DNA of 64,000 nucleotides from Candidatus Omnitrophota bacterium (GTDB taxonomy: Bacteria; Omnitrophota; Gorgyraeia; Gygaellales; Profunditerraquicolaceae). Position numbers and translations under genes: made by a program. The notes under the pieces are model-generated. The model had not been told where the DNA came from. It ran no database searches and saw nothing but the letters and a program-made list of their open reading frames with translations. Positions 28,756-39,474 of the stretch are shown here, in pieces; the first letter of the stretch is position 1; each line of letters opens with the position of its first letter. Location: positions 8,864 to 72,863 of the forward strand of contig JBEKHW010000004.1 of the NCBI GenBank assembly GCA_050012075.1, in the 5' to 3' direction.

Positions 28756-29598
28756 ATGGCCCTATTCGGAAAGCCAAAATACACTATAGTGCGCCTTAAG
28801 AAAAAAGATATACCGGACGGCTTATGGACAAAATGCGAAGATTGCTCCGAGATGCTTTACAATAAAACCCTGGAAGAGAACCTGAAGGTTTGCCCAAAAT
28901 GCAATTATCATTTTGTGTTGGGCTCCTATGAAAGGATCAATCTGTTATTAGATAAGGATACTTTTAGAGAATACGACTCTGATATGACGAGCCTAGATCC
29001 TTTGGATTTCAAGGGGCCAAAGACATATAAGGATAAACTCGCCGCAGACCAGCTCTCTACTGGCCTGAAGGATGCCGCAGTTTACGGTGAGGGAAAATTG
29101 AACACGAGGAGCCTGGTTATCGCAGTCACGGATTCACGTTTTATCATGGGCTCAATGGGTTCGGTCGTAGGAGAGAAGATAACGCGGGCGATAGAGAGAG
29201 CTACTGCCGGGAAGTTGCCGCTTATCATTGTTTCGGGTTCCGGCGGAGGGGCAAGGATGTACGAGGGTATGTATAGCCTTATGCAGATGTCTAAAACCTG
29301 CGCGGCGCTCGCCTATCATAAAAAAGCAAAGCTTCCCTATATTTCGGTATTGACTAACCCTACAATGGCAGGTGTAATGGCTTCTTTTGCGGGTATAGGC
29401 GACGTGATCGTCGCCGAACCCAAGGCATTAATCGGCTTTACCGGGCCGCGCGTAATCGAACAGACGATACGCCAGAAATTGCCAGCTGGCTTTCAGCGTT
29501 CGGAGTTTCTCCTGGAGCATGGCCTTATAGATATGATCGTGCACCGCAAAACTCTTAAAGATACACTGACTCTCTTACTTGACTATTTGACACAATAA
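28756..29598 (+). CDS. accD: Acetyl-CoA carboxylase carboxyltransferase beta subunit
   Basis: GLWTKCEDC..CPKC, GSMGSVVGEK, GFTGPRVIEQT, FQRSEFL. Confidence 0.96.
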   Translation: MALFGKPKYTIVRLKKKDIPDGLWTKCEDCSEMLYNKTLEENLKVCPKCNYHFVLGSYERINLLLDKDTFREYDSDMTSLDPLDFKGPKTYKDKLAADQLSTGLKDAAVYGEGKLNTRSLVIAVTDSRFIMGSMGSVVGEKITRAIERATAGKLPLIIVSGSGGGARMYEGMYSLMQMSKTCAALAYHKKAKLPYISVLTNPTMAGVMASFAGIGDVIVAEPKALIGFTGPRVIEQTIRQKLPAGFQRSEFLLEHGLIDMIVHRKTLKDTLTLLLDYLTQ

Positions 29599-29607
29599 CT
29601 ATATAAT
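29579..29607 (+). promoter_or_regulatory. sigma70 promoter
   Basis: TTGACT 29579-29584, 17 nt, TATAAT 29602-29607. Confidence 0.6.
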
Positions 29608-29655
29608 AATAATTTTGAATCCTTACCAAAATCCAAAAGCAAGGAGTAGGTCTAC

Positions 29656-30759
29656 ATGGCACAGGTAAGTTTAAAAAATGTTTCGAAAATCTTTTCCGGC
29701 AATGTCAAAGCAGTAGACAACGTGAGTATCGGCGTTGAAAACAGGGAATTTATGGTGTTGGTTGGGCCATCGGGCTGCGGAAAATCTACTACATTAAGGA
29801 TGATCGCCGGCCTTGAAGAGATAAGCAATGGCGATATATATATAGGAGATAAGCTCGTCAATGAAATACCGGCTAAGGACAGGGATATTGCCATGGTTTT
29901 CCAGAATTACGCACTGTACCCGCATATGACGGTCTTTGAGAATATGTCTTTCGGGTTACGCCTAAGGCGCATACCTAAACAGGAGATCATCCAGCGCGTA
30001 AATGATGCAGCAGAAATCCTGGGCATCAAACGCCTCTTACAGAGAAAGCCCAGGGAGTTATCCGGCGGGGAGAGGCAGCGGGTTGCAGTAGGAAGGGCGA
30101 TCGTGCGTAAGCCCCTCGTTTTCCTTTTTGATGAGCCGTTAAGCAATCTCGACGCCAAGATGCGCGTGCAGATGCGCACAGAGATACATAAACTGCATAT
30201 CCGGCTTCAGACGACCATTATTTATGTTACGCACGATCAGGTCGAAGCCATGACCATGGGTGACAGGATCGCGGTGATGAAGGATGGGGTCCTACAGCAG
30301 GTTGCAGACCCTATTACAATTTATGACCATCCCAAGAATAAATTTGTCGCAGGTTTTATCGGCTCTCCCCCCATGAATTTTATGGCCGGAAGGATAGTCA
30401 AGAAAAACGGAAGGATTTATTTTGACGAAGGAAAGGTTGTGGTAAAACTGGTCGAGGATATACATACCAAGATCACCCCTTACCTTGGGAAAGAAGTTAC
30501 TCTCGGAATACGCTCCGAGGATATCTATGATAAGTTGTTTGTTTCAGAAGCCCCTCCTGAGAATGTAGTCAGGGTAAACTGCGAGGTATACGAACCAATG
30601 GGTTCGGAAGTATACCTTTATCTCAATACTGGAAAGCACACCTTTATTGCGCGCGTGGGAGCACACGACAAGCCGAAAGTTAATCAGGATATGGATGTGG
30701 TCTTCGATATGAGTAAAGTGCATTTTTTTGATAAAGATACCGAAGAAACCATTGCGTAA
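29656..30759 (+). CDS. Carbohydrate ABC transporter ATPase (UgpC/MsmX/MalK family)
   Basis: GPSGCGKST, VFQNYALYPHM, LSGGERQR, DEPLSNLD, TOBE domain. Confidence 0.93.
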   Translation: MAQVSLKNVSKIFSGNVKAVDNVSIGVENREFMVLVGPSGCGKSTTLRMIAGLEEISNGDIYIGDKLVNEIPAKDRDIAMVFQNYALYPHMTVFENMSFGLRLRRIPKQEIIQRVNDAAEILGIKRLLQRKPRELSGGERQRVAVGRAIVRKPLVFLFDEPLSNLDAKMRVQMRTEIHKLHIRLQTTIIYVTHDQVEAMTMGDRIAVMKDGVLQQVADPITIYDHPKNKFVAGFIGSPPMNFMAGRIVKKNGRIYFDEGKVVVKLVEDIHTKITPYLGKEVTLGIRSEDIYDKLFVSEAPPENVVRVNCEVYEPMGSEVYLYLNTGKHTFIARVGAHDKPKVNQDMDVVFDMSKVHFFDKDTEETIA

Positions 30760-32056
30760 TTTAACTCCACAAAAAAGACCTTTTCTTTTAAGGATAACCC
30801 TGCCTATCGCCCTGCCTGTTTTTTTATACCTGTTTTTGCCTGTTTATCTGAAATTGAGTAAGCCCGGTATGCCTGCATGGTATTTATTTCTTTTTTACCT
30901 GGTCAATGCCGTAATTTCAATCTTTATCTTCCGCGCCTTTCTGCATAAAAGTTATGAGGAGCGTTACCGTAAGGAACAGATGGAAGAGAGGATTAACGTA
31001 CTGCGCGACCAGGTCTCTTCTGAATCAAAGAACAACGCAAGCCTTAAGACAAAAATAATGCGTTATCAGCAGCTCAAGAACATAGTCGGGGATATTAATA
31101 AGACTCTGGAGCTCAATTCTGTGGCGGAGAGCCTTGTTTCGGTATGTTTTTCCCTGATTGGAAACAATAAAGGGGTTTGCGCGCTGTATCTTGTAGACGA
31201 GCAGACCTCAAGGCTCCTGCTTTATAAGACCAAGAAGGAAGACAGGGAGATGGTGATTAAGGCTAAAGAAGGCGATATATTCGACCTTTGGGTCTTGCGC
31301 CACGCCCAGCCCCTACTTATAGAAAATATCAGGAAGGATTTCCGCTTTGACCTGGAGAAGATTAAAAAAGAGGAGGTGCGGCCTTTTTCATCACTGATCA
31401 GCTCCTGTTTTCTAAGTGACCATAAATTTTTAGGCATCTTAAGGCTGGATAACCCTGTTCCTCAATCTTACTCCCAGGATGATTTAAGGTTCCTGGTTAA
31501 AATCTGTGAACTCGGATCCGTGGCGCTGGAGAACAGCGAGCTTTTTAAGAAGACCCAGGACCTGGCTGTCCATGATTCCCTGACCTCGCTTTTTACCAAA
31601 GGCTATCTCCTTGAGCGCCTGAAGGAAGAGCTCAACAGGGCATTACGTAAAGAGGCCCGGCTTTCGATCCTAATGATAGACATAGATTTCTTCAAGAAAT
31701 ACAATGATAAATTCGGACATATCGCCGGAGATATAGTGCTGCAGAAGCTAAGCAGTATAATCTCAGAATATCTAAAAGACCTGAAGCCGATTATCTGCCG
31801 TTTCGGAGGGGAAGAATTCTGCGCGGTTTTGAGTAACATCGATAAAAAACGCGCTCTTGATATTTCAAAGGGCTTATGCGACAGGATCGCCCAGGAGAAA
31901 CTAATCCTGCGCCGCCAGGAGACACAGACGACTGTTTCGATAGGAGTGGCGACTTTTCCTGTTGATGCAGCTGACGAGACTGAAATTATCCAGAAGGCCG
32001 ATAAGGCAATGTACGCGGCAAAGGCCAGAGGAAGGAATCAGGCATGTTGCGCTTAA
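30752..32056 (+). CDS. Membrane GAF-GGDEF diguanylate cyclase
   Basis: Two TM helices, GAF, DSLT, DIDFFK, RFGGEEF; start uncertain (TTG 30728 or 30752). Confidence 0.85.
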   Translation: MRNLTPQKRPFLLRITLPIALPVFLYLFLPVYLKLSKPGMPAWYLFLFYLVNAVISIFIFRAFLHKSYEERYRKEQMEERINVLRDQVSSESKNNASLKTKIMRYQQLKNIVGDINKTLELNSVAESLVSVCFSLIGNNKGVCALYLVDEQTSRLLLYKTKKEDREMVIKAKEGDIFDLWVLRHAQPLLIENIRKDFRFDLEKIKKEEVRPFSSLISSCFLSDHKFLGILRLDNPVPQSYSQDDLRFLVKICELGSVALENSELFKKTQDLAVHDSLTSLFTKGYLLERLKEELNRALRKEARLSILMIDIDFFKKYNDKFGHIAGDIVLQKLSSIISEYLKDLKPIICRFGGEEFCAVLSNIDKKRALDISKGLCDRIAQEKLILRRQETQTTVSIGVATFPVDAADETEIIQKADKAMYAAKARGRNQACCA

Positions 32057-33027
32057 TTACCCTCTTATTGCTGACAATTTTATTATCCATACGTATTAAA
32101 AAGATCCTGTCAGGGCGGCTATCCCGGGAACGCGAAGCGTATTCTTCGCTAGAAAACGAAAGTAAGCTATGCGCCAAGGAGAGTGAGGGATTAAAGATAA
32201 GTAATCAGGAGCTGGAAAAAGTATCTGAAGAGACCATAGCGCTTTACGATATTACCCAGGATATCTATAAGACATTGGATGTGGAGAAGATGCTGGAGAT
32301 ATTCCGGGGAAGGCTTGCCAATTATTTAAAGTTCGACCGGTGTATATTTACCAGCCTTGAATCAGACCTTTCGCAATACCCCGATGCGCTGGTATTACCT
32401 TTATCCATACATAAAACAAACATGGGATACCTGGTTGCTGCGGGCGTCGGCCAAAAGGACAAGGATAAATTCAATATCCTGGCGCATCAGTTGATTATCG
32501 GGATAAAGAAGGCGATACTTTACAAGAGGGTTCAGGAGATGGCTATTACCGATAGCCTTACCCAGGCATTCTCCCGCCGGCACTTTCTGGACAGGTTTAA
32601 TGAAGAAATGGAGCGTTCCAAGAAATTCAAATTGCGCTTTTCTTTTTTGATGGTAGACGTCGACCATTTTAAGGAAATTAATGATAATTACGGCCACCTT
32701 GTAGGAGATGCTGTTTTAAGGGAGATCGCCAGGTCCATGAAAGAAAATATCCGCCAGATAGATTTTATCGGCCGCTGGGGAGGAGAGGAGTTCGCCCTTA
32801 TTTTCGTGGAGACTGAGAAATCACAGGCCTGCCTTGCCGCAGAACGTATACGTCAGACCATCGAATCAAAACAGATTAGCGTATACGACGAAGCCCTGAA
32901 GACTACGATTAGCATGGGTGTGGCAACCTTTCCGGAAGACGCTCGCGAGGCGGTTAGCTTGGTAGAGAAAGCGGATAAATCGTTATACCTGGCAAAGGAA
33001 AAGGGCAGGAATATGGTATGTTCCTAG
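32044..33027 (+). CDS. GGDEF diguanylate cyclase
   Basis: N-terminal TM, DVDHFK, RQID I-site, RWGGEEF. Confidence 0.88.
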   Translation: MLRLITLLLLTILLSIRIKKILSGRLSREREAYSSLENESKLCAKESEGLKISNQELEKVSEETIALYDITQDIYKTLDVEKMLEIFRGRLANYLKFDRCIFTSLESDLSQYPDALVLPLSIHKTNMGYLVAAGVGQKDKDKFNILAHQLIIGIKKAILYKRVQEMAITDSLTQAFSRRHFLDRFNEEMERSKKFKLRFSFLMVDVDHFKEINDNYGHLVGDAVLREIARSMKENIRQIDFIGRWGGEEFALIFVETEKSQACLAAERIRQTIESKQISVYDEALKTTISMGVATFPEDAREAVSLVEKADKSLYLAKEKGRNMVCS

Positions 33028-33044
33028 AGGCCTTACTTATCCAC

Positions 33045-33073
33045 TTGCAAATAGCCGGTTTTTAATATAGAAT
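33045..33073 (+). promoter_or_regulatory. sigma70 promoter close to the start codon
   Basis: TTGCAA 33045-33050, 17 nt, TAGAAT 33068-33073; ATG 9 nt later with no SD. Confidence 0.5.
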
Positions 33074-33082
33074 ACACCCTTA

Positions 33083-34012
33083 ATGAAAAATAAATATATT
33101 ATTGCTGTTGATCTCGGAGGGACAAATCTTAAAGTAGCGGTCCTGGATCCGAAATTAAAAATCATAAGGAAAGAGATTTTTTCCACCCGCATCTCAAAGA
33201 CAAAAAGCCTTCTTATCGGGACCATTATATTTTCTATTAATAAAGTTATTGGCGACTGCCGCCTGAAAAAGGCGCAAATCCTGGGTGTCGGCTTAGGCGT
33301 TCCCGGGCCTGTTGACCAGGAATCGGGAGTTGTCCATTTTTTCCCTAATATACCCGGATGGAAAGAAGTAAGATTAAAGGAAATCCTGCAGAGAAAAACC
33401 GGATTATCAGTCAATCTTGATAACGATGCCAAGGTAATGGCGCTTGCGGAATATACCCTGGGCGCAGCAAAGAAAAGCAAGAATGCCTTGTGTATAACGC
33501 TTGGCACAGGCGTAGGAGGCGGTATTATTATCGGCAACAGCCTTTATCGCGGCGCAAATAATGCGGCCGGAGAGGTCGGGCATATGCCTATTAATGAAAA
33601 TGGGCCGCGTTGCAATTGCGGTGGTATCGCGTGCCTGGAATCCTATGTAGGTAATAACACTATCCTCAGGGAGGCAAGGAAGGTTTTTAAACGTAAGATC
33701 AGCTTGGAAGAATTGAGCCTGTTGGCCAGGCGCAAAAATAAAAAAGCCATCCGTATCTGGAAGGATGTAGGCAGGCGTCTTGGTATAGCCTTAAGTGGCG
33801 TGGTCAATCTCCTGAACCTTGACGTAATAGTGATAGGCGGGGGGATCGCCAATTCCGGACCCTTATTATTCAATGCCGTCAGGAATACGATAAAAGAGCG
33901 CGCGATGAGCGTCCAGGCGCGGCATGTAAGAGTGGTTGGCGCGAAAATGGGCGCTTGCTCCGGGCTATTCGGAGCGGCTATCATGGTAAAACAAGCGAAG
34001 GAGATTCTTTAA
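33083..34012 (+). CDS. ROK-family sugar kinase (glucokinase-like)
   Basis: [38 protein letters not shown]. Confidence 0.92.
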   Translation: MKNKYIIAVDLGGTNLKVAVLDPKLKIIRKEIFSTRISKTKSLLIGTIIFSINKVIGDCRLKKAQILGVGLGVPGPVDQESGVVHFFPNIPGWKEVRLKEILQRKTGLSVNLDNDAKVMALAEYTLGAAKKSKNALCITLGTGVGGGIIIGNSLYRGANNAAGEVGHMPINENGPRCNCGGIACLESYVGNNTILREARKVFKRKISLEELSLLARRKNKKAIRIWKDVGRRLGIALSGVVNLLNLDVIVIGGGIANSGPLLFNAVRNTIKERAMSVQARHVRVVGAKMGACSGLFGAAIMVKQAKEIL

Positions 34013-34659
34013 TGAAGATTTTCATTGATACCGCTAATATTACCGAGATAAAACAGGCTGCGGCGCTTGGGGTTATTGATGGGGTCACTACCAATCCTAC
34101 GCTGATTGCGAAAGAAAACAAACCCTCGGAAGAGCTGCTGCGGGAAATATGCGCGCTCGTCCCCGGGCCGATAAGCGCGGAGGTCATTAGCCTTGAAGCA
34201 GAAGGCATGGTCAGGGAGGCAGAAACGCTTTCTAAAATCGCAAAAAATATCGTAATAAAAATACCTTTAATAAAAGAAGGCCTTAAGGCTGTAAGGATCC
34301 TGTCAAAGGAGGGAATTAAGACCAATGTAACCCTTTGTTTTTCTCCGTCTCAGGCGCTCCTGGCAGCGAAGGCAGGCGCGGACTATATCTCTCCGTTTAT
34401 CGGAAGACTCGATGATATAGCTTGCGAAGGCATGAATTTAATCCGTGATATAAAACAGATATATTCCAATTACGGTTTTAAAACTCAGATCATCGTCGCA
34501 TCAGTGCGTAACCCTATGCATGTCGTAGACGCGGCCAAAATAGGCGCTGATATAGCTACGGTTCCATTCGCGGTCATTGAACAATTGATAAAACACCCCC
34601 TTACCGATCTGGGGATAGCCAGGTTTCTGGAAGACTATAAAAAAATACCGAAAAAGTAG
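34012..34659 (+). CDS. Transaldolase / fructose-6-phosphate aldolase family
   Basis: [37 protein letters not shown]. Confidence 0.93.
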   Translation: MKIFIDTANITEIKQAAALGVIDGVTTNPTLIAKENKPSEELLREICALVPGPISAEVISLEAEGMVREAETLSKIAKNIVIKIPLIKEGLKAVRILSKEGIKTNVTLCFSPSQALLAAKAGADYISPFIGRLDDIACEGMNLIRDIKQIYSNYGFKTQIIVASVRNPMHVVDAAKIGADIATVPFAVIEQLIKHPLTDLGIARFLEDYKKIPKK

Positions 34660-34666
34660 GTTAAAG

Positions 34667-36868
34667 TTGCATAATCCTGCGAAGAAGCGCTTCAGCTTTA
34701 TTTTTACTCTAACCGGAATCCTTTTTTTTCTCGTGCTGGCGAATTCTCTTGCTGCCGAGCCTTCTCAACCGCTTATTGTTAACGGTGATACTGTTGAGTA
34801 TTCCACGGAAAATAATGAAGTGACCGCTACCGGAAACGTGGAGGTAGATTATAAGGGTGCAAAACTTACCTGTCGCAAAATAAAGGTCAATACCCTGACT
34901 AAGGATGTAGTTGCTGAAGGAAATGCCAGGCTCGACGATAAAAAAGGGATTATAGAAGGCCAAAAGCTGCTTTACAATTTTCAGGCAAAAAGCGGCACGA
35001 TCATCGATGCTCAATTCAGGGCTAACCCCTATTTCGGCAGGGCAAGGAAGGTAGAAAAGATAAGCGATAATGAGTTCATTGCCCGTCAGGGTTATTTAAG
35101 CACTTGCAGCTTCGATAAACCGCATTACCGTATAGGCGCAAAGAAATTAGACATGTTCCCCGGGGATAAAATGCTTATCCGTTCAGCCACTTTTTATGCG
35201 GGGGAAATTCCTTTAATGGGTATACCGGAATTTAACCAGAGCCTGACTGATCCCATAATGCATATGTGGGTTATGCCCGGACACAGGAAGGATTGGGGTT
35301 ATTATGTATTGGATGCCTGGAGATACAATTTAGCAGATGACGTAAACGGCAGGGTTTACCTTGACTACCGCACAAAATTAGGCCTCGCAGAGGGAGTAGG
35401 CCTTAATTACAATACGGCAAAGACCTTGAAAATCGGAGAAGGGGATTTCATGTTTTATTACACTAAGGAAACTCCTACGACGCCTCTTTCGGCAGACGCG
35501 CCCTCTGAATTCACAAGGTACCTTATGCGCCTTCGTCATAAATGGCTGATAGACGCCCAGACTAACCTTACGGTTGAGGCCTATAAGATACGCGATGACA
35601 GGAGGAAGGAAGATGACTCCACGCGTAATTTTCTAAAAGATTATTTTTACCGGGAATACGAAAAAGATTCACAGCCGCTTAGCTACGTGTCTTTCCACCA
35701 TAATTTCAGCCTCTCTTCATTCGATTTAGTCACGCAATACCGCCTCAACCACTGGTTTGATCAGATTGATAAGCTGCCGGAGGCAAGATATACCCTGCCG
35801 AGCATCCAGATTGGGCAAACTCCTCTTTATTTTGAGAATTTAACGAGTATCGCAAATCTTAACAAGAAGGCATCCACCGCGCCGGTCAGCGCCGATGATG
35901 TTACGATGAGCAGGTTTGATACGTTCAATAAAATATCTTTGCCCGCGAAGGTCTCCTTTATTCAAATTACTCCTTTTGTCGCCAGCCGCCAGACTGCCTA
36001 TGATAAAGGAGCTAATGGGCAGAACGTACCCGTAAGGACAATATTTTACAGCGGCGCGGATTTAAGCACGAAGTTCTACCGTGTTTTTAACGTGAAATCA
36101 AATTTCTTAGGCATGGATCTAGAGGGGCTGCGCCATGTAATCACTCCGACGGCTGGATATGCCTATAACCACACCCCAACTGTCCCTGCGGCTAACCTCC
36201 TCCAGGTAGATGGCACAGATGCTATAGGGCCCAGCAATTTAGTAAACCTGGGGTTGTCTAATAAACTGCAAACAAAGCGACAAGGCGCAAACGTTGATTT
36301 AGTAGATTTATTGGTAACTTCCACATATAATATTAAACCCAAGACAGGGGTTAACAGGGAAAGCAGTTTATCCGATATACTTTTTAAGTTAAAACTGCTG
36401 CCGTATTCCTGGCTACGGCTTGAAGCCGACGCAACCTATAACAGGTCCGTAAGCAAGGCAGACCCTTCTTACAACACTTTCAGTGAAGTCAACTACGATT
36501 TTAATTTTGATATTGGCAAATACCGTTCCTTCGGCATAGGGCAGCGTTATACCAGAAGCAATGGAAACCAGCTTACCTGCAATTTTAGTTGGCGTTTCAA
36601 TCCTAAATGGAGCTTTTCCATATACGAAAGGTATGAACTGGGACATAACTCTACCTTATCAAATGGTTCTAGTTCTAATTCTAATGAACAGCAATATACA
36701 ATATCGCGAGACCTGCATTGTTGGACCATGGATATGCTTTATGATATAGGCGGACAGGGAGGGCAAACCGTGTATCTCGTTTTTAGGCTAAAGGCCTTCC
36801 CTGAGGGAGAATTTAGTCTTGAACAGTCATATAATAAACCCAAATCAGGTTCACAAAACAATCATTAA
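34667..36868 (+). CDS. lptD: LPS assembly protein LptD
   Basis: Signal peptide, OstA-like N-domain, STCS..PHY, beta-barrel, RDLHCW near the C-terminus. Confidence 0.82.
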   Translation: MHNPAKKRFSFIFTLTGILFFLVLANSLAAEPSQPLIVNGDTVEYSTENNEVTATGNVEVDYKGAKLTCRKIKVNTLTKDVVAEGNARLDDKKGIIEGQKLLYNFQAKSGTIIDAQFRANPYFGRARKVEKISDNEFIARQGYLSTCSFDKPHYRIGAKKLDMFPGDKMLIRSATFYAGEIPLMGIPEFNQSLTDPIMHMWVMPGHRKDWGYYVLDAWRYNLADDVNGRVYLDYRTKLGLAEGVGLNYNTAKTLKIGEGDFMFYYTKETPTTPLSADAPSEFTRYLMRLRHKWLIDAQTNLTVEAYKIRDDRRKEDDSTRNFLKDYFYREYEKDSQPLSYVSFHHNFSLSSFDLVTQYRLNHWFDQIDKLPEARYTLPSIQIGQTPLYFENLTSIANLNKKASTAPVSADDVTMSRFDTFNKISLPAKVSFIQITPFVASRQTAYDKGANGQNVPVRTIFYSGADLSTKFYRVFNVKSNFLGMDLEGLRHVITPTAGYAYNHTPTVPAANLLQVDGTDAIGPSNLVNLGLSNKLQTKRQGANVDLVDLLVTSTYNIKPKTGVNRESSLSDILFKLKLLPYSWLRLEADATYNRSVSKADPSYNTFSEVNYDFNFDIGKYRSFGIGQRYTRSNGNQLTCNFSWRFNPKWSFSIYERYELGHNSTLSNGSSSNSNEQQYTISRDLHCWTMDMLYDIGGQGGQTVYLVFRLKAFPEGEFSLEQSYNKPKSGSQNNH

Positions 36869-36872
36869 TAAA

Positions 36873-38180
36873 ATGCAAAAAATCGCTATTATCGGTTCGG
36901 GATATGTGGGGCTGGTAACAGGGGCATGCCTTGCAGAGTTAGGCAATACCGTTATCTGCGCGGATAACGACGCCAAGAAGATCGCCGCTTTAAAGAAAGG
37001 GATAGTCCCCATATATGAACCTGGCTTGGAAGATCTAGTCAGGCGCAATCTTAAGAAAAAGAAACTTTCCTTTACCTCAAGCATAAAAGAGGCGGTGGAG
37101 CTTTCGGAGGTTATTTTTATTGCAGTAGGCACACCTTCATTGGAAGACGGCGAAGCAGACCTTACGGGAATCGAGAACGTGGCGCGCAATATAGCTTTAC
37201 ATATGAAAGATTACCGCCTTATTGTGGAGAAATCCACTGTCCCGGTTGAGACGTGCGAATGGATTAAGCATACGGTTATAACTTACGTAAAGCATAAAAT
37301 AAAATTCGACGTCGCCTCTAACCCGGAATTCCTGCGCGAGGGCTCAGCAATCAATGATTTTATGCATCCCGACCGTATTGTTATCGGAGTAGAATCGCAG
37401 AAGGCAAAAGATATTTTGTGCGCTTTATATAAGCCAATAAAGGTGCCCCTCGTAGTTACCAACATAAAATCAGCGGAGTTGATAAAACATGCTTCTAACG
37501 CATTCCTGGCTACGAAGATTTCTTTCATTAACGCGCTCTCCAGGATATGCGATAAGGTGGGGGCGGATGTTAGTGAGGTGGCGCAAGGGATGGGATTTGA
37601 TAAACGTATCGGGAATTCCTTCCTTGATGCGGGTTTAGGTTATGGCGGCTCCTGTTTCCCCAAAGACCTGGACGCGTTTGTAAATATCGCCCATAAATTA
37701 GGGTACAATTTTGAGCTGCTTAAAGCCGTGCGCAAAGTAAATGAAGAACAGAGGGATTTCTTCCTGCATAAGATTAAAAGCGCGCTCTGGATAATAAAGG
37801 AGAAGACCATCGCGATACTCGGGTTGTCTTTTAAGCCGGATACCGATGATATGCGTAATGCCCCATCTACATATATCATTGAAGCGTTGCGTAAAGAAGG
37901 CGCAACTATCAGGGCATATGACCCTCGCGCAATGAAGAAAGCCAAAGGCATTCTAAAAGGCGTTACTTTTTGTAATGATCCATATGAGGCATGCAGAAAT
38001 GCCGACTGCCTTTTATTAATCACGGAATGGGACGAGTTTAGGAAACTCGATTTTCGTAAAGTCAAGAAGATGCTTAACAGGCCGCTGGTTATAGACGGCC
38101 GTAATATGCTGGAGCCGGAGCCGTTAAATAAGATGGGTTTTGTTTATATCTGCATAGGCAGGGGTGGCAGGCGTGTCTGA
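36873..38180 (+). CDS. ugd: UDP-glucose 6-dehydrogenase
   Basis: GSGYVGL, KSTVP, SNPEFLREG, GYGGSCFPKD, FKPDTDDMR. Confidence 0.92.
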   Translation: MQKIAIIGSGYVGLVTGACLAELGNTVICADNDAKKIAALKKGIVPIYEPGLEDLVRRNLKKKKLSFTSSIKEAVELSEVIFIAVGTPSLEDGEADLTGIENVARNIALHMKDYRLIVEKSTVPVETCEWIKHTVITYVKHKIKFDVASNPEFLREGSAINDFMHPDRIVIGVESQKAKDILCALYKPIKVPLVVTNIKSAELIKHASNAFLATKISFINALSRICDKVGADVSEVAQGMGFDKRIGNSFLDAGLGYGGSCFPKDLDAFVNIAHKLGYNFELLKAVRKVNEEQRDFFLHKIKSALWIIKEKTIAILGLSFKPDTDDMRNAPSTYIIEALRKEGATIRAYDPRAMKKAKGILKGVTFCNDPYEACRNADCLLLITEWDEFRKLDFRKVKKMLNRPLVIDGRNMLEPEPLNKMGFVYICIGRGGRRV

Positions 38181-39474
38181 TTCCAATTTAGAGAAACGGA
38201 TTAAGAATAAGAAAGCAAAAGTAGCAGTTGTGGGCTTAGGTTATGTGGGATTGCCGTTGGCTATTTCTTTCGTCAAAAAGGGATTCCATGTGCTGGGTAT
38301 TGAAGTAGACGGTACAAGGCTCCATAAAATTCAGGAAAAAAGTTCCTATATCACCGATATATCAGACAGGCAGTTATCAGGGGCATTAAAGACGGGAAGA
38401 TTTCATACCTCTGGAGAGTTTTCATCCCTTAAAGACGCGGGAGTAATCATAATTTGCGTTCCTACTCCCCTAAAGAAAAAATACCTGCCGGATATTTCTT
38501 ACATAAAAAAAGCCGTAAAGGCGATATCGAGAAACTTAAAGCGCGGGAGTTTAGTTATTTTGGAAAGCACGACTTATCCCGGTACGACAGAAGAAGTTAT
38601 CCTGCCTTTACTTGAGGCTAGTGGCTTACGGCACGGTAAAGATTTTTACCTTGCTTTTTCTCCGGAAAGGATTGACCCCGGGAACAGTCAATTTCCTGTC
38701 CAGAAGATTCCCAAGATAGTCGGTGGGATAACTCCTGAAGCGACGAGGCTGGCGCAACTTGTTTACAGGAGTATCGTTAAAGATGCGATACCCGTCTCGG
38801 GTGCCAGGACTGCCGAAGCGGTAAAGTTGCTGGAGAATTCATTCCGGCTTATTAACATCGCTTTTATTGACGAATTGAGCATGATGGCGCATAAAATGAA
38901 TTTAGATATTTGGGAGATAGTAAAGGCTGCTTCAACCAAGCCTTTTGGCTTTATGCCTTTTTATCCGGGGCCAGGGGTGGGCGGACATTGCATCCCGAAG
39001 GATCCTTTGTATCTTTACTGGAAGGCCAGGCGTTTTGGTTTTTCTTCCCGCTTCATTAAGCTGGCGTCGAGCATCATCAATGCCATGCCTGCCTATGTAG
39101 TAGAACGCGTAGAAGATATGCTCAAAAGAGGCAGGATCTTAAAAAAAGCGAAGATTCTGGTTATCGGCGTAACCTATAAGAAGGATGTGCTGGATTTACG
39201 TAAGTCCCCGGCCATAGATATAATTTCCCTGCTTAAAAAGAGAAATCATAAGGTTTCTTATTTTGATCCCATTATACCCTATCTTAACATTGACGGGATA
39301 AGCCTGAAATCCACGCCATTAAACCGGGCTACGCTTTCCAAATTTGATTGCGTAATTATCGCCACAGACCATTCAGTCCTGGATTATCCCTTTATATTAC
39401 GGAACTCGCGCCGTATATTTGATACGCGTAACGCCTATAGAAAATTTCGCGACAGGAGGATAGAGCGGCTATGA
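38173..39474 (+). CDS. Nucleotide-sugar dehydrogenase (UDP-GlcNAc 6-dehydrogenase, WbpA-like)
   Basis: GLGYVGLP, ESTTYPGTT, FSPERIDPGN, GVGGHCIP; start 38164 or 38173. Confidence 0.9.
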   Translation: MSDSNLEKRIKNKKAKVAVVGLGYVGLPLAISFVKKGFHVLGIEVDGTRLHKIQEKSSYITDISDRQLSGALKTGRFHTSGEFSSLKDAGVIIICVPTPLKKKYLPDISYIKKAVKAISRNLKRGSLVILESTTYPGTTEEVILPLLEASGLRHGKDFYLAFSPERIDPGNSQFPVQKIPKIVGGITPEATRLAQLVYRSIVKDAIPVSGARTAEAVKLLENSFRLINIAFIDELSMMAHKMNLDIWEIVKAASTKPFGFMPFYPGPGVGGHCIPKDPLYLYWKARRFGFSSRFIKLASSIINAMPAYVVERVEDMLKRGRILKKAKILVIGVTYKKDVLDLRKSPAIDIISLLKKRNHKVSYFDPIIPYLNIDGISLKSTPLNRATLSKFDCVIIATDHSVLDYPFILRNSRRIFDTRNAYRKFRDRRIERL

